A DNA stretch of 64,000 nucleotides from Amoebidium appalachense (lineage: Eukaryota > Protista > Ichthyosporea): contig CAVNZM010000005.1 of assembly GCA_963693365.1 (NCBI GenBank), positions 12,547,728 to 12,611,727 of the forward strand, written 5' to 3'. A program made the translations under genes and the position numbers. The notes under the pieces are model-generated. The model ran no database searches. It was given only the letters and a program-made list of their open reading frames with translations, and was not told where the DNA came from. Position 1 is the stretch's first letter; each line of letters begins with the position of its first letter. This document shows, one piece after another, positions 61,882-64,000 of this stretch.

Positions 61882-63510
61882 CGTACATGCATATTTATAT
61901 TTATAAACGTTACATATACCACTGCCCACGGAAATGTACGCATGTAAATATATAATAATGAAGGCCTTTCTGCATGTTTTCATATGTGCATTTATGCTCC
62001 CTTACAGTAGAGTTTAGGCTCAGCAAAGCAGATCTCGTCAAGGCAAGTTCCTTCAATCAAATAGATTGATGGAATTTCAATGGTATGCGGACTGGATAAT
62101 TTCGATAAATTCATGAGCTGTCCCTAAAGCGGGGAGGCATGTATCGTCACGTGTCATACATGTTGGAGTGCAGACTTACGCTCACTCCACAATATGTGTA
62201 TGTTAGCTTTACAATTGGTTCCGTGTACACAGACACACGCTGACACTCGATCACCACATGCACATCTGCATAGTTGAGGAATGTTGCCAATTGTGTTTTG
62301 ACTGCAAACGATTGGTTCACTGGTCCCAGAGATCTCTAAATGAAAGTAACCAATCCGATTAGCGCCTGGCATCCGGATTACATTCCAGACTGCTGCCCCA
62401 CGGGTATATAAACCACGGCTCTGCCAGGTGCAGAAATGGAGTTCAGTCATGGAGTTCAGTCATGGAGTTCAGTCATGGAGTTCAGTCATGGAGTTCAGTC
62501 ATGGAGTTCAGTCATGGAGTTAACACACTGAAAGCAGTAAAAAACGGGTCAGCGCCCAAGCGCGCCACGACGACCCTAGTCACAGCGGACTCTACTTCCA
62601 ACAGGGTTATGGGCCCAGACACGACACCGCGGCCTCTAACTTCACGTCCCCTACGACGCCTTGAACGGAGGAGCCAGAACCCGACTTCTAGGCTGTACCC
62701 TACACCCGCGAGCGTATTTCCGTGAAGTAGAGACTTTCGCTTCCACAAACTCCATCCGCAGCAGCCTGCGACATCAACGTCAAGTATTCCACTTCATTGG
62801 CGGGGCAAGCACCACAGTGGAATGCACACCCCGGTCTACCCTGCAAGTAGCCACACTCACTCTCTCTTCTCTAGTGGTGTGTACACTTCTCCAATTGGGT
62901 AGGGGTGTTGGAGTGCAGACTTACGCTCACTCCACAATATGTGTATGTTAGCTTTACAATTGGTTCCGTGTACACAGACACACACTGACACTCGATCACC
63001 ACATGCACATCTGCATAGTTGAGGAATGTTGCCAATTGTGTTTTGACTGCAAACGATTGGTTCACTGGTCCCAGAGATCTCTAAATAAAAGTAACCAATC
63101 CGATTAGCGCCTGGCATCCGGATTACATTCCAGACTGCTGCCCCACGGGTATATAAACCACGTCTCTGCCAGGTGCAGACATGGAGTTCAGTCATGGAGT
63201 TCAGTCATGGAGTTCAGTCATGGAGTTCAGTCGTACATGCATATTTATATTTATAAACGTTACATATACCACTGCCCACGGAAATGTACGCATGTAAATA
63301 TATAATAATGAAGGCCTTTCTGCATGTTTTCATATGTGCATTTATGCTCCCTTACAGTAGAGTTTAGGCTCAGCAAAGCAGATCTCGTCAAGGCAAGTTC
63401 CTTCAATCAAATAGATTGATGGAATTTCAATGGTATGCGGACTGGATAATTTCGATAAATTCATGAGCTGTCCCTAAAGCGGGGAGGCATGTATCGTCAC
63501 GTGTCATACA
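61882..63510. repeat. 279-bp direct duplication flanking TRIM copy 2 (61882-62160 and 63232-63510)
   Basis: CGTACATGCATATTTATATT...GTATCGTCACGTGTCATACA appears identical at an offset of 1350 bp. Confidence 0.9.
62161..63232 (+). mobile_element. TRIM, copy 2 (3' LTR truncated)
   Basis: 5' LTR 62161-62603 (443 bp, one extra 13-mer). PBS GGTTATGGGCCCAG at 62605. 302-bp interior with PPT. 3' LTR starts at 62906 and breaks off inside the 13-bp repeats. Confidence 0.92.
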
Positions 63511-64000
63511 TCCCATACATGCATGAATATATCAAAAAAAATATATGTTGCTAATATCACCGTGTACTTGAACAGCATAATTTGGTGCATAATTTGCTGA
63601 AACCAATCCCAATATGTCGTATTTTTAATCATCTTCATGGAATTCATTCATGGCAGTTATAGAACGTGGTGGGGGTTTACGCTGTTTGCTCGAGGCAAAG
63701 AACGTGGTGAGTCTGGTGATTTTGTGGCTCACGGCCAAATATGGATCAAGCATGCGCACGGGGCCAGATGTGAGGCTCCCGACTCCTGAGGCCGGAGTCG
63801 TGTGACACAAACACGTATCATAATCACTGTATCTCCAAGTGTACTATGTACGGATACACACTGTACAGCTGCATACGGGCAGTGAATCAATAGAACCCTA
63901 ATACTAGGTACAGTACAGCATGCGCAATTATTCCATGACCACTTAATAACTTTCTGGTTATTAGTAGAGTTGACGGTCACGAAATTTTAGTTCTTTTAGG

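Noticed and set aside
63625-63980. Short minus-strand ORFs as a terminal exon
   Set aside because: No recognisable motif, and it cannot be evaluated at the window edge.

Overview
Eukaryotic genomic DNA rich in G/C homopolymers and (CA)n/(GA)n microsatellites; the organism cannot be identified from the sequence. Most ORFs in the supplied track are low-complexity noise. Host genes: (1) an intronless PiT/SLC20 phosphate transporter split by a very recent 1080-bp Copia-type TRIM; (2) a hand-assembled 36-exon minus-strand gene (31544->9107, about 1350 aa) with FYVE, coiled-coil, transmembrane, ABC1 kinase and beta-lactamase-fold domains; (3) two intronless paralogous membrane-anchored SAM methyltransferases in a segmental duplication; (4) an intronless ornithine decarboxylase. 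Mobile DNA: a full-length Copia element, its solo LTR, a second TRIM with an odd 279-bp flanking duplication, nested LINE fragments and several MITEs. The most unusual element is a DIRS/PAT-like retroelement that encodes only RT-RNaseH-adenine methyltransferase (no Gag, no tyrosine recombinase) and has split direct repeats and hairpin-rich ends. Other leads are that the TRIM may be spliced out as an in-frame intron, and that a 42-bp tandem repeat multiplies a 5' splice site. All alignments and gene models were done by eye.
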